A DNA stretch of 64,000 nucleotides from Octopus vulgaris (lineage: Eukaryota): NCBI GenBank assembly GCA_951406725.2, contig OX597816.1, positions 18,848,001-18,912,000 on the forward strand, given 5' to 3'. Under the pieces are notes generated by a model. It was not told the DNA's origin. It saw only the letters and a program-made list of their open reading frames with translations, and searched no databases. Position numbers and translations under genes: made by a program. Below are positions 57,268 to 64,000 of the stretch, piece by piece (positions within the stretch are counted from its first letter, which is position 1; every line of letters begins with the position of its first letter).

Positions 57268-57462
57268 TTAACTACTCTAGGCACAAGGCTCGAAATTTTT
57301 GAGAAGGAGGTGGGGTCAGTCGATTAGATCGACTCAGCACGCAACTGGTACTTAATTTATCGACTCTGAAAGGACGAAAGTCCAAGTCGACCTCAGGGGC
57401 AGACGAAATGACTGCTAAATACTTTACCTGATGTGCCATCGATTCCGCCAGATAGCCGCCTT
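57268..57462 (-). mobile_element. SINE family C
   Basis: ggtacttaatttatcgactctgaaaggacgaaagtccaagtcgacctc. Confidence 0.75.
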
Positions 57463-58539
57463 ATTTTGCAACTCATATTAATTTATATTTTTGGATGTTA
57501 CTTGAAAGTGTGATTTGTAAACGTGAATTAAAACAAAGAGTGTAGATAATCAGGGGATTCCCAACAGTTTCTATTCTTTTGTGCCTCCGTCTCCTCAACA
57601 ACTTCTGCAGTTTTAAGAGCTACGTATTATTCAAGTAGACTTAAATAGTTATCGTAGACTAGGCATCGCAGACTAATCACTGTCAGCATACACTTTCAAT
57701 ACATATTCGTATAAAGATACCATCGATCATTTTATAGTAGTTCGAACACTGACTGGTTGACAGCATCCATTGACAGAACCATTTCTGTATTATCTTTTCT
57801 CTGTCGTCAATATTAGTTTTACAAAAAGTAATCTTATACATTTTTGCAATGATAGATATTTTGTTTTCTAGTACGTGCACTCGGCAAAAATTGAATTTTT
57901 GGAGATTATACTCAACGACACTCATCGCTTCATGTTATCACCTGATAACACAAAGTCGTCAACGTCACCCAGTATGTTTTCCACACAAGACTTAGTGTTG
58001 TCTCTAACTAATGGAACATCACTTTAGCCTTTCGGTTTAACGTTTCAGCTTTTCTTACGCCTAAACTTGTGTTGCATATATTACAAAATATGCTCTAAAT
58101 GTTTTTTAATCTTTAGATTCATTCTCAATGATTACGTTATTTTACGTAACAGTATTCAATGGTTTATCACTTTTCTACTAAGAAAATGTACCGAAGAATA
58201 TACGTTAATCTATGTTACATTTTATATATAATATCTTTTTACCTTTCCTTCAGAATTGCCGCTCATTAATATTTGTTCTTTCGATATTATTCTCATTGAC
58301 GTGTCTCTCGTATTCACATATCTATCTATACATCTCGCAAAGTGCTTTTTCTCTTACATTTTTCTGGGAACTGTGTTCTTTGATATCATCGATTCCATTT
58401 TACTTTTCATATATTGATATGCTTTCTGCGTCTTATTGTGGCACTTTCTTTTCTTACATTTTCACTTCCTTTCATTTCTTTTAACCTCTTTCTTCCACCT
58501 GTCTTGCATCTTTCTCTTTTCCTAATTTCTATACACTAA

Positions 58540-60141
<1,602 letters not shown>

Positions 60142-60143
<2 letters not shown>

Positions 60144-60891
60144 CAAAGCCAAATACGAAGCTATCGATGATCAAATCAGAGATGAAATATCCAAACTAAC
60201 GACCGGCAATATAGCAGAAAAAATGCGAGAACTATGGATCAGAGATATCTCAAAAGAAGAAAGCAGATCAAGAAAGTTTTGGCAGCGGAAACAATTATTT
60301 CTCGACAAATATGCTACAAATTACGGTAAAGACACCAGAACTCCGAGAAATAGCATTAAAAGTGGACAACCTCACCAACGCAACATACACCAGAACACGT
60401 GGCAACATGAACACCCGTTTCACCACGAATCGAAGACGAACTACGGTAAGAACTCTTCCCATTTTGTATGCAAACACCCTAATGCACACAACATGAACAA
60501 AAAGCACAAACAAAATAGATATTGTTTTGAACAAACCATTAGCAGTAGAAATAACAGGAGATCATTTTCAAGACCTCAACAGAGATTACCCACAAGAAAC
60601 TGGACAAAAAACCGATCTAGATCTAGAAGTAAACCCAGATCATTTCTCCAGGTGGTTAAAAACAATGCTAACAAGAAATTGAAAAGTAGCATACATAATA
60701 CCAAAAACAAGACAGAAAACATAACGAAACCAAGTAAAGTACCACAACCAAAACGCAAAATTCATCAAGCAAACATCAACAGGAATATAAATCATAACCA
60801 GAAAAAAATCCATTTTTTTACGTCAGGACAACAAACACCGGAGAAAGAAAAAATCCAAGAGGAAACATACCCCAAACAACTGAACGTATAG
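60142..60891 (+). CDS. PLE upstream ORF (5'-truncated): charged helical segment, then basic low-complexity tail
   Basis: Non-repeat part of track ORF 59074..60891 ([18 protein letters not shown]...[12 protein letters not shown]...[10 protein letters not shown]): ~250 stop-free codons in AT-rich DNA, overlapping the RT frame. Confidence 0.65.
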
Positions 60892-63125
60892 ATCCTAAAA
60901 TAATTAATTTATCAAAAAGAGATCTTGACAATGATGAAATCCAACTTCTGTCAAAAGGACTGAAATTCACACCTACACCAACAGCCAACCACCAAGAATT
61001 AAAGGAGGATATCCAAAAATTCTGTCGAAAATTACGACTTGTAGAATTCTTCGCTAACAAAAGTAATGAGATTGATGAATCCCTAGTAAGGAATAAATCA
61101 AATTTCACCCCACCAAAAGGAAGAAATAACTACCTTGACCAATACATTGATATCCTGTCTAAATTTCCCCTTAGACGCAATACCAATGTTAGGCCAAACA
61201 TTAGCAAATCAGAGATGTCTGCATGTAAACGTATACAAAACGATCAAACAATAATAATTAAACAAGCAGATAAAGGTGGTGCAATTGTTATTATGGATAC
61301 CGAATACTATAAGGATTTGGTTGAAGACCAACTGAAGGATACAACCTTCTATTGTGAAATACCCGCAAATATAGACCACCACATCATGAAAAAGATCAAC
61401 AACCTGATTTCAACACACCACAACTCACTTACGGATAATGAAAAAGACTACATCACCAATTTTGAACCAAAACCCAGCAACTTCTACGGCTTACCAAAAA
61501 TACACAAATCAAAAAACATTCAACAGGCAGTAAAAGAACAAGAAAGTGAGTACATAAAATTATTACATCCAAAAGACCTAAAACTTAGACCTATTATAGC
61601 TGGTCCAGCATGCCCTACACACCGTCTAAGCAATTTTATTGACATTGTTTTGAAACCACTATGTACTTACATACCAAGTTTCATCAGGGATGACATCGAC
61701 TTCCTGTCCCATCTTCCCAAAACAACAGAAACAAATTCAGTTTTGCTAAGTTTTGATGTGGTAAGCCTCTACACCAATATTCCACACGATTTAGGAATAA
61801 AGGCGATTAAATACTGGTTAGAAAAACATAGAGAAGTGATTCCCAGCAGATTCACAGTGGCATTTATATTAGACACAGTCAAACTTATTCTAGAAAATAA
61901 CACATTCTTCTTCAATGGAAATAATTACATCCAAATTAGAGGCACGGCGATGGGAACGAGGTTTGCTCCCGTTTACGCCAACTCTGTAATGGGATACTTA
62001 GAAGAACAACTCTACCAAGAGGTGGAGGTAAACTATGGCACTGGATTTAGAAAGTATATTGAAAAGGCATGGAAGAGATACCTAGACGACTGTTTCATAA
62101 TCTGGACAGAATCTCTAAATACTCTGGAAGAGTTCAATATCCTCCTGAACAAACTACACCCATCTCTCAAATTTACAAAGGAGATGAGTAGTACCAAATT
62201 ACCATTCCTGGATATAATGGTAATTAAAAATGACACCACCATCACCACAGATATATACTATAAACACACAGACACACATCAATACCTAAATTTTAAGTCG
62301 TGCCATCCACCACATACAAAACGTAACATCCCATACTGCCTAGCCAGAAGAATTTGTACTATTGTAGAAGATGCAAATATCAGGAACAAACGCCTAATAG
62401 AACTAAGAGAATTTTTGCTCAAACAAAAATACCCATCTCTACTTATAGAAAATGGCATACAGCGGGCTATAAAAATACCTATACAACAACTTAGGACAAC
62501 CCAAGGAAGAGGAAAACAAGAACAAGTCATACCATTCATAGTGACACACAACCCATGTCACCAGAATATCTTCAACATTGCCAAAGCAAACCTTCCAATC
62601 ATTGCCCAAAGTAATGAATTAAAAGACATAATCAAGGATCGAGCTATGGTGCTTAGTAAAAGACAGCCTAAAAACTTGAAAACATTACTAACAAAGGCAA
62701 AATTTGACCTCAGCAACAAAGACCAAACATTCACGGTATCTAAATGCAATGATAGCCGATGTGGCACATGCCAATTCATACATACCGGTCAATATATAAA
62801 CACAAAAACCGGGAAAATATTCACAAACGCGAATATGAACTGCAAAAGCAGAAATTTAATTTACTGCATCAAATGCCCAAATTGTGAAGAAATATATGTA
62901 GGTCAGACGGGAAACGCACTATTAGAACGCTCACGTGTACACCGGCAACAGATTAGAGACCCAGAGGTCCGTCAGATACCTTTGAGTAACCACCTAGCAA
63001 CATGTGGTCGGAAAATATATATAATATTTCCATTCTACAAATTACACAGCCCAAGTGAAATCGAGAGGAAAATCAGAGAAAAGAATTTTATTGATAAATT
63101 CGAACCCAAGCTAAATAAGCAATAA
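60798..63125 (+). CDS. PLE reverse transcriptase-GIY-YIG endonuclease (frame open from 60798; first ATG at 61215, 636 aa)
   Basis: RT motifs [65 protein letters not shown]-terminal Cys cluster CNDSRCGTC and [19 protein letters not shown] (GIY-YIG). In-frame motifs [20 protein letters not shown] and FCRKLRL precede the ATG. No internal stops. Confidence 0.95.
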   Translation, partial: PEKNPFFYVRTTNTGERKNPRGNIPQTTERIDPKIINLSKRDLDNDEIQLLSKGLKFTPTPTANHQELKEDIQKFCRKLRLVEFFANKSNEIDESLVRNKSNFTPPKGRNNYLDQYIDILSKFPLRRNTNVRPNISKSEMSACKRIQNDQTIIIKQADKGGAIVIMDTEYYKDLVEDQLKDTTFYCEIPANIDHHIMKKINNLISTHHNSLTDNEKDYITNFEPKPSNFYGLPKIHKSKNIQQAVKEQESEYIKLLHPKDLKLRPIIAGPACPTHRLSNFIDIVLKPLCTYIPSFIRDDIDFLSHLPKTTETNSVLLSFDVVSLYTNIPHDLGIKAIKYWLEKHREVIPSRFTVAFILDTVKLILENNTFFFNGNNYIQIRGTAMGTRFAPVYANSVMGYLEEQLYQEVEVNYGTGFRKYIEKAWKRYLDDCFIIWTESLNTLEEFNILLNKLHPSLKFTKEMSSTKLPFLDIMVIKNDTTITTDIYYKHTDTHQYLNFKSCHPPHTKRNIPYCLARRICTIVEDANIRNKRLIELREFLLKQKYPSLLIENGIQRAIKIPIQQLRTTQGRGKQEQVIPFIVTHNPCHQNIFNIAKANLPIIAQSNELKDIIKDRAMVLSKRQPKNLKTLLTKAKFDLSNKDQTFTVSKCNDSRCGTCQFIHTGQYINTKTGKIFTNANMNCKSRNLIYCIKCPNCEEIYVGQTGNALLERSRVHRQQIRDPEVRQIPLSNHLATCGRKIYIIFPFYKLHSPSEIERKIREKNFIDKFEPKLNKQ

Positions 63126-63439
63126 TAATAATACTTAGAGGTATTACTTCCACTGCTACGACCATGACCACTAACAACAACAACAATACTAAAGGTGATC
63201 AAGACAAAGATAGCAGGAAAATTATCTTATTTAGGGTTAAAAGTTCTATTGCCACCACCATCACCACTAGCAACAATAATTAAGGTGCTGACAATGATGA
63301 TGATGACAATTGAAATATAAAAATATAAAAATCTCTGACAAAGGATATTTACAACATTTCTAAAAATAACCCAACAATTGCTGCTTCGGCCAGGGTCAAG
63401 ATACAGGACTCTTGACCTGTCCAACAAAGCGTGATGCCT

Positions 63440-63560
63440 AAACCAATCAGCTCAACCAACCAATCAGCTTAAGTAATTGAGTGATACTACACACTGATTG
63501 GTCAGAATACAGTTTGCAAAACCTAGCACTCTGGAGCCTACCCAGCTGTATGTATAGCAC
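63440..63560 (+). promoter_or_regulatory. Putative pLTR promoter (CCAAT boxes)
   Basis: Two AACCAATCAGCT copies plus a reverse CTGATTGG, then a weak TATA-like run, upstream of the hammerhead. Confidence 0.4.
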
Positions 63561-63619
63561 AGAATCACTCATCTTGCTACAGTCAAAAATTGTGAAGCAT
63601 GACTGTCAACACTACTACA

Positions 63620-63664
63620 TGAACCCGAAGATTGCAGAATTCAATGCATGAAAGTACTAGTTCA
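63620..63664 (+). ncRNA. Minimal type I hammerhead-like motif in PLE 3' region (U4C core variant)
   Basis: TGAAC-CCGAAGA-T-TGCA(gaattcaa)TGCA-T-GAAAG-TA-CTA-GTTCA: stems I and II pair, stem III is the palindrome AGTACT. Confidence 0.75.
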
Positions 63665-63859
63665 ATCAGAATGAATATTTAACATTCTACTATTTCATTT
63701 TATTTTACTCAATTATAATATATTATCTTATAATATATCATTATAAGATTGTAAATAAAACGTGAAAATCAGACAAGTTTGGAATTCTTTTTATTAATAT
63801 ATTCTTCTATACACAATCACACACACCCATATATATATATATCTATATATATACATATA

Positions 63860-63926
<67 letters not shown>

Positions 63927-64000
63927 GATATACCGCCACGCTGGAAATAGCAGCCAAAACCTGACTCTAACACCACATTAGATGTTCATACAGCACCAGG

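Larger units (their letters stand above)
60142..63829 (+). mobile_element. Penelope-like retroelement (Neptune-type), 5'-truncated, inserted in (TA)n
   Basis: Partial upstream ORF, intact RT/GIY-YIG frame, then ~700-nt 3' region with CCAAT boxes and a hammerhead-like motif. Both ends abut TA microsatellite. Confidence 0.93.

Noticed and set aside
62700-63125. Selenocysteine-type or domain-permuted (Naiad/Chlamys) PLE
   Set aside because: The GIY-YIG domain is C-terminal and there is no in-frame TGA.

Overview
AT-rich, microsatellite-saturated eukaryotic intergenic or intronic DNA. The SINE families and (TA)n/(CA)n density suggest an octopus genome; this is an inference. No host gene is confidently identified, only one tentative pair of minus-strand exons. 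The window is a nested transposon landscape: about 30 tRNA-derived SINE copies from four families, three mariner relics (one full-length with perfect 37-bp TIRs), R4/Dong-clade and RTE-clade LINE fragments, and two non-autonomous Helitrons sharing a 3' end. At 60.1-63.8 kb is an apparently intact Neptune-type Penelope-like element (PLE; RT + GIY-YIG) inside a long (TA)n tract. Main signals: (1) the PLE RT frame is open about 140 codons upstream of its first AUG and overlaps an upstream ORF in -1 register at a U7 run, a candidate programmed frameshift; (2) eight minimal hammerhead-ribozyme-like motifs, several with non-canonical cores, sit in small (TA)n-flanked elements; (3) several long fold-back inverted repeats, up to 339-bp arms. 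All calls are from reading the sequence; no searches or folding were run.
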